DNA of 64,000 nucleotides from the NCBI GenBank assembly GCA_963843845.1, contig CAWJMB010000002.1, positions 2,176,001 to 2,240,000 of the forward strand, read 5' to 3'. The notes beneath the pieces are model-generated. The model was not told where the DNA came from. It searched no databases and saw only the letters and a program-made list of their open reading frames with translations. Origin of the DNA: an uncultured Gemmatimonadaceae bacterium (lineage in GTDB: Bacteria; Gemmatimonadota; Gemmatimonadetes; Gemmatimonadales; Gemmatimonadaceae). The translations under genes and the position numbers were made by a program. Shown piece after piece: positions 8,855 to 19,459 of the stretch (positions are counted from its first letter, which is position 1; every line of letters begins with the position of its first letter).

Positions 8855-10564
8855 CGAGCGACGGGCGCTCGCCGGCGCGGTCGACGGGGCGCGCTCGCCG
8901 ACCGATGCGCTGTCGAGCAGCTCGCGCGCGTGCGCGCGGCTCACTTCGCTCTCCGGATCGCCGCCCAACATCCGCGCGACTTCGAGCACGCGCTCGTCGC
9001 CGTCGAGCACGCGAACGTCGGCGGTGGTCACCCCGCTCTTCGCGCCTTTCGCGACGAGGATGTGGTGGTGTGCACGAGCGGCGAGCTGCGGGAGGTGAGA
9101 GATCGCGAACACCTGATGGTGCTGCGCGACACGCCGCATCGTCTCGCCCACCATGAGTCCGACGCGCCCGCCGATCCCCGCGTCGACCTCGTCGAAGACG
9201 AGCGTCGGGACGTTGTCGAGCCGCGCGAGAATCGTCTTCAGCGCGAGCATCACGCGCGACAGCTCGCCGCCGGACGCCGCGCGCGACAACGGACGCGCGT
9301 CGTGCCCCGCGTTGAGCGCGACGCGGAACTCGACGTCCTCCGCGCCGTGCACGTTCGGCTCGGCGCGCGCGAGCAGCGTCGCCGCGAAGCGCCCTTCCGC
9401 CATGCCGAGGTCCGGCAGCACGGCCTCGACCGCCGTCGCGAGACGATCGGCGGCAACGCGGCGCAGCTCGGTGAGATGCACGGCGCTCGCGACCAGCTCG
9501 TCGCGCAGCGACGCCTCGCGCTGCTCCAGCGTGCGGAGATCGAGCCCGGCGGAGTCGACGAGATCGAGCTCGGCGCGCGAGCGTCGCCCCGTCTCCACGA
9601 CGTCGGCGAGCGAGGGCCCGTACTTCTTGCACAGACGGAACAGCACGTCGCGCCGCCGCTGCACTTCCGTGAGGCGCTCCGGGTCGAGGTCGACGCCGCG
9701 TTCGTAGTCCTCGAGCGCACGCGAGAGCTCCTCGAGCGCGTAGAACGCGCTGTCGTAGAGCTCCTGCAAGCGGGCGAGCGACGGGTCGATGCGCTCGAGG
9801 CTTCCGATCGTTCTGTGCAGGTGGCCGAGTCGCTGCAGGACCGCGTCCTCGTCGCCGTCGAGCAGCGCACTCCCGCCGCTGGCGAGCGACCGCAGCTCCT
9901 CGGCGTGCTCGAGCCGGCGCGCCTCGTCTTCCAGGCGCTCGTCCTCGCCGACGACCGGCCGCGCATCCTCGATCTCTCTCACGACGTGACGGAGATAGTC
10001 CTCGCGTCGCTGCGCCTCGACACGCCGCTCGTGCAGCGCCCGGATCTCGTCGCGAACTGCGCCTAACGATTCCGCGGCGACTCTCACCGCCTCTGCCTGC
10101 GCCGTCGCGCTGCCGAACAGGTCGAGGATGCGGCGCTGGGATTCTCCGTCGAGCAGCGTCTGCGCCTCGTGCTGGCCGTGCAGATCCACGAGCCGCCGGC
10201 CGATCTCGGCCAGCACACCCGCCGTCACCGTGGTCCCGTTGATCCAGGCGCGCGTCCGGCCGCCGGCGCTGATCTCGCGCTTCAACACGATCGCCGGCTC
10301 GTCGGCGTCGATCCCCCGCTCGTCGAGCGCCCGCGCGATCTCCGTGCGCCCGGCCACGTCGAACACGCCTTCGACCGAGGCGCGATCCGCGCCGGTGCGA
10401 ATGAGGTCGGCGCTCCCGCGCTCGCCGAGGAGGAGGCCCAACGCCCCGACGATGATCGATTTGCCGGCGCCCGTCTCGCCGGAGAGGACGTTGAACCCTC
10501 GCGCCAGCGGCAGCGTCAGCGATTCGATGATCGCGAAGTTCTTGATTCGGAGCTCGGTCAGCAT
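8837..10564 (-). CDS. recN: DNA repair protein RecN
   Basis: MLTELRIKNFAII, GETGAGKS, LHGQH, ASGGELSRVMLA, FDEVDAGIGG, SHLPQ. Confidence 0.97.
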   Translation of the reverse strand: MLTELRIKNFAIIESLTLPLARGFNVLSGETGAGKSIIVGALGLLLGERGSADLIRTGADRASVEGVFDVAGRTEIARALDERGIDADEPAIVLKREISAGGRTRAWINGTTVTAGVLAEIGRRLVDLHGQHEAQTLLDGESQRRILDLFGSATAQAEAVRVAAESLGAVRDEIRALHERRVEAQRREDYLRHVVREIEDARPVVGEDERLEDEARRLEHAEELRSLASGGSALLDGDEDAVLQRLGHLHRTIGSLERIDPSLARLQELYDSAFYALEELSRALEDYERGVDLDPERLTEVQRRRDVLFRLCKKYGPSLADVVETGRRSRAELDLVDSAGLDLRTLEQREASLRDELVASAVHLTELRRVAADRLATAVEAVLPDLGMAEGRFAATLLARAEPNVHGAEDVEFRVALNAGHDARPLSRAASGGELSRVMLALKTILARLDNVPTLVFDEVDAGIGGRVGLMVGETMRRVAQHHQVFAISHLPQLAARAHHHILVAKGAKSGVTTADVRVLDGDERVLEVARMLGGDPESEVSRAHARELLDSASVGERAPSTAPASARRSSARRR

Positions 10565-10583
10565 GCGGCGATACGACGGCGTG

Positions 10584-11528
10584 CTACGTGGAGCGCCGCA
10601 GCGTGCGGGTGTCGACCTGTTCGTCGCGGTCGGCGAGCCCGCCCCAACCGAGCTTTCGGCGCAGGCGCGAGAAGAACGACGTCCCCGGAAACCGGACCAC
10701 GAGCACCGGCGAGTCGGCCCGCCGAATGACGAGTTGCTCGGCGGGGGCGAACTTCGTACCCACCTGGCCGTCGATCGTCACGAGGAGCTCGTCCGGACCG
10801 TCGAGCGCGCGCACGCGGACCGTCGCCGTCGGCGGCAGCACGAGCGGCCGCATCGCGAGCGTGTGAGGCGACACGGCGGCGACGACGATCGACTCGACGG
10901 TCGGCACGACGACCGGCCCGCCGGCGGAGAGCGAGTAGGCGGTGGAGCCGGTCGGCGTGGAGACGACCACCCCGTCCGCGCCGAACGCCCCGATCGCCTC
11001 GTCGTCGACCGAGACGTCGTAGCGCACGACGCGCGCGAATCCGCCCTTGTGCAGCACGACGTCGTTCAACGATCGCCACTCCATCCGCACGCGTCCGTCC
11101 GCGCCGATCGCACTCGTGCGCAGCGCCATGCGCGCTTCGGGCACGAAGTCCCCGGCCGCCAGCTTCCGCAGCGACTCGTCGAGCTCGCCGGGGCCGCAGC
11201 TCGTGAGGAACCCGAGGCGCCCGAGATTGACCCCGAGGATCGGCACCGCGCGCTCGCCGACGAGGCGGGCGCCCCGGAGCAGCGTGCCGTCCCCGCCCAA
11301 CGTCAGGAGCGCGTCGAGCGGCGTCGTCTCGTCGAGCGTCGTGGCGTCGTCGGCCGCCTGGTCGGCCAGCCCCGGTTCGAACGCCAGCGCGAGACCGAGC
11401 TGCGGCGCGAGCGTCCGGAGCGTCTGCATGATCTCGGGAAGGTCGACGTAATCGCGGTTCCCGACGACGCCGAGTCGCAGGCGGTCGCTCGTCGTATGCG
11501 ACGACGGCACCTCGGCAGCTTCACGCAC
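10584..11528 (-). CDS. nadK: NAD kinase
   Basis: GGDGTLL, GVNLGRLGFL, LND, DG...TPTGSTAYSLSAGGP; start approximate. Confidence 0.95.
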   Translation of the reverse strand: MREAAEVPSSHTTSDRLRLGVVGNRDYVDLPEIMQTLRTLAPQLGLALAFEPGLADQAADDATTLDETTPLDALLTLGGDGTLLRGARLVGERAVPILGVNLGRLGFLTSCGPGELDESLRKLAAGDFVPEARMALRTSAIGADGRVRMEWRSLNDVVLHKGGFARVVRYDVSVDDEAIGAFGADGVVVSTPTGSTAYSLSAGGPVVVPTVESIVVAAVSPHTLAMRPLVLPPTATVRVRALDGPDELLVTIDGQVGTKFAPAEQLVIRRADSPVLVVRFPGTSFFSRLRRKLGWGGLADRDEQVDTRTLRRST

Positions 11529-11545
11529 GTCAGCTCCGGCGACGT

Positions 11546-13447
11546 TCAGCCGGCGACCGCTTCGCTCTCGTGCAGCGCGCGCACGCGCTCGGCGATGCCG
11601 CTCGCATCGAGACCGCAGCGCGCGAGCTGCCGCTTGCGCGACGCCGCGTAGATGACGCGGTCGGGGACGCCGTGCGCGACGACGCGAACCCCGGGGTCGA
11701 TGCGCGCGACGACACTCGCCATGTACGCGCCGAATCCGTTGACCACCGTACCCTCCTCGACCACGAGGAGCTGCCGATGATCGGCGAGCAGCGCGGCGAG
11801 CGTGACTTCGTCGTACGGCTTCAGGAAGCGGCAGTTCACCACGGTGACGTCGAGCCCGTCCGCCGCGAGCGCCTCGGCCGCATCGAGCGCGTAGCGAACG
11901 AGCGTTCCGACGGCGAGGATCGCGACCGCCTGTCCCGACTGCGTTGCCTCACCGCTGCGGCGCACCACTTCCCACGTGCCGTACGGCACCGGGTCGATCT
12001 CGTTCATCGCCGGCACGTCATCGGGTGCCGAGTCGCGAGGATAGCGGAGCGAGAACGGGCCGCGATCCTGTTGCGTCGCCGTGCGGAGCAGCGCGAGCAT
12101 CTCGGTGCCGTCCTTCGGTGCGGTGACGGTCATGCCGGGGACCGCGAGCATGTACGGGATGTCGTACAGCCCCATGTGCGTCTCGCCGTCCTCGCCCACG
12201 AGCCCGGCACGGTCCATCGCGAACGTCACCGGAAGCTGCTGGATCGCGACGTCGTGCACGATGTTGTCGTACGCGCGCTGCAGGAACGTCGAGTAGATCG
12301 CGACGACGGGACGCAGCCCCCGCGTCGCGAGCCCCGCCGCGAACGTCACCGCGTGTCCCTCGGCGATGCCGACGTCGAAGAAGCGCTTCGGGTGGCGCTT
12401 CGCGAACTCCTCCGTCCCCGTTCCGCTCGGCATCGCGGCGGTGATCGCGACGACGCGATCGTCGAGCGTACCGAGGTCTGCGAGGCCGCGACCGAAGACC
12501 TTCGTGTACGTCGGCACCGAGGGGCCCGTCGACGTCACCTTGCCGGTGGCGGGATCGTGACCGGGCGGCAGGGCATGCCACTTCTCGCCGTGCGCGCCGG
12601 CCGGGAACCCGCGGCCTTTCTCGGTGATGACGTGCACGAGGCGCGGGCCCGTCATGTCACGCACCGCCGCGAACGTCTCGATCAACGCATCGACGTCGTG
12701 TCCGTCGATGGGGCCGAAGTAGCGGAACCCGAGCTCTTCGAACAGCACGCCGGGCGTGAAGAACGCCTTCGTGCTCTCCTCCCACTTCCGCAGAATGGTT
12801 CCCGCCACACCGGCCGCGTCGGCCAGCTCGCCGATCTTGCGACGCACGCGGTTGTAGAGCGGGTTGCGCTGCACCGACGTGAGGTACTTGTGCATCGCCC
12901 CGACATTGGGCGCGATCGACATCTCGTTGTCGTTCAGCACGACGATGATGTCGCACCCCGAGTCGCCGGCGTTGTTGAGCCCTTCGTACGCGAGCCCCGA
13001 GCCGAGCGAGCCGTCGCCGATCACCGCGACGACCTTGAACGCCTCGCCTCTGATGTCCCGCCCGGCGGCCATGCCTAACGCGGCCGAGATCGACGTCGCC
13101 GCGTGGCCGGCGCCGAACGCGTCGTACTCGCTCTCGGTGCGCTTGAGGAAGCCGGACACACCCTCCTCCTGCCGCAGCGTCTCCATCTGGTCGTTGCGGC
13201 CCGTGAGCAGCTTGTGCGGGTATGCCTGGTGTCCGACGTCCCACACCAGCTGATCACGCGGCGCGTCGAACACCTGGTGCAGCGCGACCGTCAGCTCGAC
13301 GACCCCGAGTCCCGCGCCGATGTGACCGCCGGTGCGCGAGCACACCGCGATGAGGCGCTCACGCATCTCCGCGGGGAGCGCGCGCAGCTCGTCGCGCGTG
13401 AGGCGCTTGAGGTCGGCCGGGGTGCGAATGCGATCGAGAACGGACAT
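11546..13447 (-). CDS. dxs: 1-deoxy-D-xylulose-5-phosphate synthase
   Basis: GGH..GLGVVELT, WDVGHQAYPHK, GDG..LNDNEMSI, FDVGIAEGHAV, YSTFLQRAYD. Confidence 0.98.
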   Translation of the reverse strand: MSVLDRIRTPADLKRLTRDELRALPAEMRERLIAVCSRTGGHIGAGLGVVELTVALHQVFDAPRDQLVWDVGHQAYPHKLLTGRNDQMETLRQEEGVSGFLKRTESEYDAFGAGHAATSISAALGMAAGRDIRGEAFKVVAVIGDGSLGSGLAYEGLNNAGDSGCDIIVVLNDNEMSIAPNVGAMHKYLTSVQRNPLYNRVRRKIGELADAAGVAGTILRKWEESTKAFFTPGVLFEELGFRYFGPIDGHDVDALIETFAAVRDMTGPRLVHVITEKGRGFPAGAHGEKWHALPPGHDPATGKVTSTGPSVPTYTKVFGRGLADLGTLDDRVVAITAAMPSGTGTEEFAKRHPKRFFDVGIAEGHAVTFAAGLATRGLRPVVAIYSTFLQRAYDNIVHDVAIQQLPVTFAMDRAGLVGEDGETHMGLYDIPYMLAVPGMTVTAPKDGTEMLALLRTATQQDRGPFSLRYPRDSAPDDVPAMNEIDPVPYGTWEVVRRSGEATQSGQAVAILAVGTLVRYALDAAEALAADGLDVTVVNCRFLKPYDEVTLAALLADHRQLLVVEEGTVVNGFGAYMASVVARIDPGVRVVAHGVPDRVIYAASRKRQLARCGLDASGIAERVRALHESEAVAG

Positions 13448-13548
13448 GGCAGGGCGCGAGAGGCGAGGGCCGGGTCGAACGTCCAGCTATCAGAAGTTAC
13501 AACGGTGTGACGCCGCCGCGAGTTGCCGGCGTGTCGCGCCCGCAGACG

Positions 13549-14487
13549 CTAGGAGCGGCGGCTGATGCTGAACCGCGCGAGGTGCTCGAGCGTCACGGTG
13601 AGCAGACCGGCGTCGTCGAGCGCCCCACATGCGTCGTCGACGAGCGACGTCGCTCGCGCCATCGCGCCGTCGACGCCGAGGAGCGCGGGGTACGTGCTCT
13701 TGTGGAGCGCGACGTCCCGGCCGGCCGTCTTCCCGAGCTCGTCGGTCGTCGCCGTCACGTCGAGCACGTCGTCGACGATCTGGAATGCGAGGCCGACGTC
13801 GCGGCCATACCGCTGCAAGGCGCGCAACGCCTCGTCGCTCGCTCGCGCCGCGAGGCCGCCGACGACGGTCCCGGCGGCGATGAGTGCGCCGGTCTTCGCC
13901 GCGTGGATGCGCTGCAATCCGTCGAGCGAGAGCGACAGCCCCTCGGCTTCGAGGTCCAGGAGCTGTCCGCCGATCATCCCGCCCGCCCCTGCCGCGCGCA
14001 TCAGCTCGCGCACGATCGCGCTGACCTGCACGTCCGCGAGACCGAGACGCACCGCGGCATCGCGTGCGGCCAGCGCGGCGAGCGGGACCATCGCGACTCC
14101 GGCGGTCGTCGCCGCCGGCACGCCGTAGACGCGGTGCACCGTCGGCCGGCCGCGCCGGACATCGTCGTCGTCCATGCACGGCAGGTCGTCGTGCACGAGC
14201 GAGTAGGCGTGCACGACCTCGACGGCCGCCGCCAGCTCCGACACGTCGTCGACGCCGCCGGCCGACTCGTACGCCGCGACGACGAGCACCGGCCGCAGCC
14301 GCTTCCCCTCGCCGAGCAGGCTGTAGCGGATGCCGTCCGCCGCCGTCGGCTCGATGTCGGTGAGATAACGCTCGCAGAAGCCCGCCAGCGCGGCGTCGAC
14401 CCGCGAGCGCGTGGCCGCGAGCCAGGCGAGCACATCACCGGCGGACACAGTCGGCGTCGGCGCGTTCGGCATCGTCCGCGACCGCAT
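13549..14487 (-). CDS. ispA: Polyprenyl (farnesyl) diphosphate synthase
   Basis: GKRLRP, SLVHDDLPCMDDDDVRRGRPT, KTGAL, FQIVDDVLD, GKTAGRD. Confidence 0.93.
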   Translation of the reverse strand: MRSRTMPNAPTPTVSAGDVLAWLAATRSRVDAALAGFCERYLTDIEPTAADGIRYSLLGEGKRLRPVLVVAAYESAGGVDDVSELAAAVEVVHAYSLVHDDLPCMDDDDVRRGRPTVHRVYGVPAATTAGVAMVPLAALAARDAAVRLGLADVQVSAIVRELMRAAGAGGMIGGQLLDLEAEGLSLSLDGLQRIHAAKTGALIAAGTVVGGLAARASDEALRALQRYGRDVGLAFQIVDDVLDVTATTDELGKTAGRDVALHKSTYPALLGVDGAMARATSLVDDACGALDDAGLLTVTLEHLARFSISRRS

Positions 14488-14700
14488 TCAGCCGAGGAGC
14501 GGGGGCAGCTCGAACGTGCCGTCGGCGCGCTCGACGAGCAGCTTCACCTGGTGCTCGACGCGGGCCAACTCGGCCGACGCGGTCCGCAGTCGCTCGACGC
14601 CCTCCTCGAAGAGCGCGAGGGCGCGATCGAGTGGGAGCCCCTCCCCCTCGAGCTCGTCGACGATACGCTCGAGCCGCGCCAGGTCCTCCTCGAAAGTCAT
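14488..14700 (-). CDS. xseB: Exodeoxyribonuclease VII small subunit
   Basis: FEEDLARLERIVDELE..LPLDRALALFEEGV; lies between xseA and ispA. Confidence 0.93.
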   Translation of the reverse strand: MTFEEDLARLERIVDELEGEGLPLDRALALFEEGVERLRTASAELARVEHQVKLLVERADGTFELPPLLG

Positions 14701-16076
14701 GCGGACCGCGCCCTCGGCGACGTGTCTGACGTGTCTGCCGATTCGCGAACCGTCGCCGCGACCTCCCCGTCCGCGACCAGCAATCGGAACTCGGCGCCGG
14801 GCGCGAAGTGCGCGGCGCGCGACAGGGTGCGGCCGTCGGCATCGCGCGCGACCGAATACCCTCGCGCGAGCGTCGCCAGCGGACTGAGCGCGTGGAGGCG
14901 GCCGGCAGCGCGCTCGACGGTCGCGCGTCGGCGCTCGGCGGCGCGCTCGGTGGCCTCGCGGAGGTCGTCGTCGACCGCGGTCAGCGCGTCGCGCGCGAGC
15001 GCCGTGGCACGCAGCGCCGCGAGCGCGAGCGCGCGTGCGTGCTCGCGGACCTCGCCGACCAGCTCATCGAGCACGGGCACGACCGATTCCGCTGCGACCG
15101 AGGGCGTCGCGGCGCGGAGATCCGCGACGAGGTCACAGATCGTCACATCGACCTCGTGCCCGACGGCCGACACGATCGGAATGGGCGACGCCGCGACGGC
15201 GCGCGCGAGCGCCTCGTCGTTGAACGCCCAGAGATCCTCGCGCGCACCGCCGCCCCGGCCGATGATGATGACGTCGACGTCTCGCCACCGTAGGACGCGG
15301 GCGAGGGCGGCGCACAGGTCCTGCGCCGCACCCTCACCTTGCACCTTGGCTGGCACGACGACGATCTCGACGGTCGCGCAGCGCCGCCGCGCGACGGCGA
15401 CCACGTCGTGCAGCGCCGCACCGTCAGGGCTCGTGATGACGGCGATCCGGCGCGGGTAGCGGGGCAGCGGCCGTTTCCGGGCAGGATCGAGCAGCCCGTC
15501 CGCGTCGAGCCGAGCGCGCGTGCGCTCGAGCGCCTTGCGCCACAGGCCGTCCCCCTTCGCCTCGATCGCCCGGACGACGAGCTGCAGATCGCCGCGCGCC
15601 GCGTACACGGTCGGCTGGCCGAGCGCGGCCACCGCCATGCCGTCGTCGGGCGCGGCGGGAAGACGCTGCGTGTCGCGCGCCCACACGACACACCGCACCT
15701 GCGCGGTGCCGTCCCGCAAGGAGAAATACCAGTGTCCGTTGCGATGCGCCTTGAAGTCGCTCACCTCGCCGCGTACCCACAGCGGCATGAACGCGCCCTC
15801 GACGACGTCCTTCGCGGTCAGCGTGAGCGTCGCGACCGTCACGGCCGACCGCGGCGACGCGCCCGGAATGCCGCCGACCGCGACGTCGTCGACGAGCTCG
15901 TCGAGTGTCGCGAGCGCCTCCCCGTTAGGCACCAGCACGTCGGGCGCGCTGGTCGCGGCGATCGGCCGCCCGCCGCGTGCTGCCGCGACCGTCTGACGGG
16001 ACGGCGGGGCCGGCTCGGGCGGGAACAGATCGAGCGTCTCGGCGGCAGGCGATGCGAGGGTGCGACGGCGCGTCAC
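14697..16076 (-). CDS. xseA: Exodeoxyribonuclease VII large subunit
   Basis: [65 protein letters not shown] overlaps folD stop. Confidence 0.95.
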   Translation of the reverse strand: MTRRRTLASPAAETLDLFPPEPAPPSRQTVAAARGGRPIAATSAPDVLVPNGEALATLDELVDDVAVGGIPGASPRSAVTVATLTLTAKDVVEGAFMPLWVRGEVSDFKAHRNGHWYFSLRDGTAQVRCVVWARDTQRLPAAPDDGMAVAALGQPTVYAARGDLQLVVRAIEAKGDGLWRKALERTRARLDADGLLDPARKRPLPRYPRRIAVITSPDGAALHDVVAVARRRCATVEIVVVPAKVQGEGAAQDLCAALARVLRWRDVDVIIIGRGGGAREDLWAFNDEALARAVAASPIPIVSAVGHEVDVTICDLVADLRAATPSVAAESVVPVLDELVGEVREHARALALAALRATALARDALTAVDDDLREATERAAERRRATVERAAGRLHALSPLATLARGYSVARDADGRTLSRAAHFAPGAEFRLLVADGEVAATVRESADTSDTSPRARSA

Positions 16077-16966
16077 GCGACGGCGGCGACCTCGCGCTCG
16101 CCCCGACGCCGGGCCGCGCGCAGCGTGTTCTCGAGTAGCATGGCGCGCGTCATCGGCCCCACCCCACCCGGCACCGGCGTGATCGCCGACGCGACCTGCG
16201 CCGCCGCGTCGAAGTCGACGTCGCCGACGAGCCGGGTCCCCGACTTCGTCGTCGCGTCGACCACCCGGTTCATCCCCACGTCGATGACGACGGCGCCGGG
16301 CTTGATCATGTCCCCTGTCACGAAGCGCGGGCGTCCGATCGCCGCGATCAGCACGTCCGCGCGGCGCGTGTGCTCCGCGACGTCGCGCGTGCGGCTGTGG
16401 CAGATCGTCACCGTCGCGTCGACGCCCGGCTGCACGAGCAGCGCCGCCATCGGCTTGCCGACGATGTTGCTCCGCCCCAACACGACGACTTCCGCACCGC
16501 GCAGATCGACCTTCGCCGCGCGCAGCATCTCCATGACACCTGCCGGCGTACACGGCGCGAATCCCGTCGGATCACCGACGTACGTCCGGCCGACGTTGAT
16601 CGGATGGAAGCCGTCGACGTCCTTCGCCGGGTCGATGCGGGCGATGACGGCCCCCGGATCGATCTGCGGCGGCACAGGCATCTGCACGAGAATGCCGTCG
16701 ACCGCCGTATCGGCGTTCAGCCGGTCGATGATCGCGAGCAGCTCGCGCTGCGTCGTCGACGCCGGAAGCCGGATCTGCTCCCCGCGCATTCCGACCTCTT
16801 CACAGTCCTTCGTCTTGTGGTGCACGTAGACGGCGCTCGCCGGATCGTCGCCGACGAGTACGACGCTGAGCCCCGGCACGATCCCCGCTGCGCGCAGCCC
16901 GGCCACCTCGACCGCCACGCGCGCGCGTACGGAGCGCGCGATCGACGCCCCGTCGATCAGGTGCAC
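16073..16966 (-). CDS. folD: Methylenetetrahydrofolate dehydrogenase/cyclohydrolase
   Basis: [46 protein letters not shown]. Confidence 0.97.
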   Translation of the reverse strand: MHLIDGASIARSVRARVAVEVAGLRAAGIVPGLSVVLVGDDPASAVYVHHKTKDCEEVGMRGEQIRLPASTTQRELLAIIDRLNADTAVDGILVQMPVPPQIDPGAVIARIDPAKDVDGFHPINVGRTYVGDPTGFAPCTPAGVMEMLRAAKVDLRGAEVVVLGRSNIVGKPMAALLVQPGVDATVTICHSRTRDVAEHTRRADVLIAAIGRPRFVTGDMIKPGAVVIDVGMNRVVDATTKSGTRLVGDVDFDAAAQVASAITPVPGGVGPMTRAMLLENTLRAARRRGEREVAAVA

Positions 16967-16970
16967 ACCC

Positions 16971-18572
16971 TCAGCGAGCAAAGTCCACCGCGCGCGTCTC
17001 ACGAATCACGACCACCTTGATCTGCCCTGGATACTGCAGTTCGGCTTCGATGCGCCGCGCGATCTCCTCGCTCAGCGCGGCCATCCGCACGTCGTCGACC
17101 TCGTCGGGCGTGACGACTATGCGCACCTCTCGCCCCGCCTGGATCGCGAACACGCGCTCGACTCCGCGGTAGCTCGCTGCGATCCGTTCGAGCCCCTCGA
17201 GACGCTTCACGTACGTCTCGAACGCCTCGCGCCGCGCGCCGGGGCGCGACCCGCTGATCGCATCGGCCGCCTGCACGAGCACCGATACCTCGCTCTCGTG
17301 CGGCACGTCGTCGTGGTGGGCCGCGATCGCGTTCACGACCAGCGGGTGCTCGCCATACTTCGTCGCCATCTCGACGCCGAGCTGCACGTGGGTCCCTTCG
17401 TGCTCGTGCGTCAGCACCTTGCCGATGTCGTGCAGCAGCGCTCCGCGCTTCGCCAGTGCCACGTCGAGCCCCAGCTCCGCGGCCATGATGCCGGCGAGCC
17501 AGGCGACCTCCTTCGAGTGCTGAAGGATGTTCTGCCCGTAACTCGTTCGCCACTTCATGCGGCCGATCAGCTTCAGGATCTCGGGGTGCAGCCCCGCGAC
17601 GCCCGTCTCGTACGCCGCCTGCTCACCCACTTCGAGGATGTTCTGATCGACCTCCGCGCGGGCCTTCGCGACGACTTCCTCGATGCGGCCGGGATGGATG
17701 CGTCCGTCGGCGACGAGCTTCTCGAGGGCGAGTCGCGCCACTTCGCGCCGCACCGGCTCGAAGCACGACACGACGACGGTGTCCGGCGTGTCGTCGATGA
17801 TGACGTCGACGCCGGTCGCCAGCTCGAACGCCCGGATGTTGCGCCCTTCGCGCCCGATGATTCGCCCCTTCATCTCGTCGTTCGGCAGCGACACGGCCGA
17901 CACGGTCGCTTCGGCGGTGTGCTCGGCGGCGATACGCTGGACCGCGAGCGCGACGATCTTCTTCGCTTCACGGTCGGCGTTGCGCCGGGCCGTCTCACGG
18001 ATCTCGCGAACCCGATTCGCCGCGTCCGCCTGCGCCGACTCTTCCATACGGCGGATCAGCTCCGCCTTCGCCTCGGGCGCCGAGAGCCCCGCCAGCTCCT
18101 CGAGTCGCCGCGTCGCCTCGCCTTCGAGGCGATCGAGCTCGCCGTTGCGCTCGTCGACGGTCTTCTCGCGTCGCCCGAGCTCGCCGGCACGCCGGCCGAG
18201 GTCGCGGTCGCGGAGGTCGAGCGCCTCACCGCGGCGGTCGAGCTGCCCCTCGCGCTCCTGCACCCGCCGCTCCTCGCGCTCGACGTCGTCGCGGCGGCGG
18301 CGGACCTCGGCGTCTTGCGACTCCCGGAGCTTCAGCAGCTCCTCCTTTCCGGCCACGATTGCGCTCTTCCGCAGCCCCTCGGCATCGCGCTCGGCCTCGC
18401 TGCGGATCCGCTGGGCGCTCTCTTCGGCCGTGGCCTGCGCGGCGCGCTGACGCTCGACCTCCTGCGTGCGCCCCATCGTGACGCCGGCGCCCCGACCGGC
18501 GACGAACGCGATGCCTCCGACCACGACGCAGACCAGCACTCCCAGCAGTGCCAGGATCGGCAGCTCAGGCAT
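16971..18572 (-). CDS. rny: Ribonuclease Y
   Basis: N-terminal TM helix, coiled coil, KH domain ([14 protein letters not shown]), HD domain (LLHDIGK), [13 protein letters not shown]. Confidence 0.97.
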   Translation of the reverse strand: MPELPILALLGVLVCVVVGGIAFVAGRGAGVTMGRTQEVERQRAAQATAEESAQRIRSEAERDAEGLRKSAIVAGKEELLKLRESQDAEVRRRRDDVEREERRVQEREGQLDRRGEALDLRDRDLGRRAGELGRREKTVDERNGELDRLEGEATRRLEELAGLSAPEAKAELIRRMEESAQADAANRVREIRETARRNADREAKKIVALAVQRIAAEHTAEATVSAVSLPNDEMKGRIIGREGRNIRAFELATGVDVIIDDTPDTVVVSCFEPVRREVARLALEKLVADGRIHPGRIEEVVAKARAEVDQNILEVGEQAAYETGVAGLHPEILKLIGRMKWRTSYGQNILQHSKEVAWLAGIMAAELGLDVALAKRGALLHDIGKVLTHEHEGTHVQLGVEMATKYGEHPLVVNAIAAHHDDVPHESEVSVLVQAADAISGSRPGARREAFETYVKRLEGLERIAASYRGVERVFAIQAGREVRIVVTPDEVDDVRMAALSEEIARRIEAELQYPGQIKVVVIRETRAVDFAR

Positions 18573-18620
18573 GTTCGGATCTAGGCTCCACCGCGACGCC
18601 GGGCGCGCGACTGTGAGGTA

Positions 18621-18781
18621 GGGTGCGCTGCCGACGGAGCCGCGTCGCCGCGATCCTACCGGGTGCGGGAGCGCGTATCAGACGCGCGTGGAAAGCACGT
18701 AACTGCAACTGGCGCATGCACCTACGTCGTGCGCGCCACCCGCAAAGCTACGCGGCGGTCAGGGTCTCCGCAACGGCACCC
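18621..18781 (-). ncRNA. ssrS: Candidate 6S RNA (long rod with internal bubbles)
   Basis: Collinear end-to-end helices found by eye (GGGTG/CACCC, CGTTGC/GCAGCG, CGGAG/CTCCG, CGCCGCG/CGCGGCG, TGCGGG/CCCGCA, GCGCG/CGCGC); canonical position just downstream of zapA. Confidence 0.55.
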
Positions 18782-18788
18782 GTGGCAG

Positions 18789-19142
18789 TCATCCGGCGCC
18801 GTCGGCGCGTTTCCCGGGCGGCAGCCAGCGGCGGACCTCGGCGCTGAGCTCGTCGATGGAGGCCGAGAGCGCCTCGGACTCGCCGCGCGTACGAAAGAGC
18901 TCGTCGGTGATCTGCAGCGCCGCCAGAATGGCGGCCTTGTGGGTCTCCACGACGTTCCCCGCCTTCATCACCTGCTGAATGACCGCGTCCACATGTTCGG
19001 CCACGCGGCGCGTGTGCGCCGGACTCGCCTCGGTCCGGATGACGTACTCGTCGCCGAGGATGGAGACCCGAACCGAATGACGCCGCTCGGACTCGGCGGA
19101 CGCCGCCTGCGCGGGGTTGCGCCCTTCGCCTCGCGCGCTCAT
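18789..19142 (-). CDS. zapA: Cell division protein ZapA
   Basis: VRVSILGDEYVI...VAEHVD...KAAILAALQITDELF; pheT-(coiled coil)-zapA-rny synteny. Confidence 0.85.
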   Translation of the reverse strand: MSARGEGRNPAQAASAESERRHSVRVSILGDEYVIRTEASPAHTRRVAEHVDAVIQQVMKAGNVVETHKAAILAALQITDELFRTRGESEALSASIDELSAEVRRWLPPGKRADGAG

Positions 19143-19459
19143 TCCGCTCCTTCCTCCTGCTGCCGTAGAAAGCGCAGCCGCTCCGTCATCTGCTGCGTGC
19201 GCTGTGCGGCGCCGTCGATCCGCCGTCGAAGCTCGTCGTTCTCGCGCTCCAGCTCTCCCAGTCGCGTGACGAGCGCCTCGCGCGACGGCGGCGCGTCCGT
19301 GCCCGTCGGCCCGGCGTGCTCGCCGGCCTCGCGCCAGCGCCGCTCCGCCTCGAGCGCGCGCCGCCGGAAGAACGCGAGCTCCTCGCCGAGGTGGCGAACG
19401 AGGCGTTCGAGCTCGGCGAACGCCGCCTCAGGCCGACCGCTGCCTGACACCGAGCTCAC
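19139..19459 (-). CDS. Small coiled-coil protein (ZapB-like position)
   Basis: LERENDELRRRI heptads; between pheT and zapA with overlapping junctions. Confidence 0.6.
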   Translation of the reverse strand: MSSVSGSGRPEAAFAELERLVRHLGEELAFFRRRALEAERRWREAGEHAGPTGTDAPPSREALVTRLGELERENDELRRRIDGAAQRTQQMTERLRFLRQQEEGAE

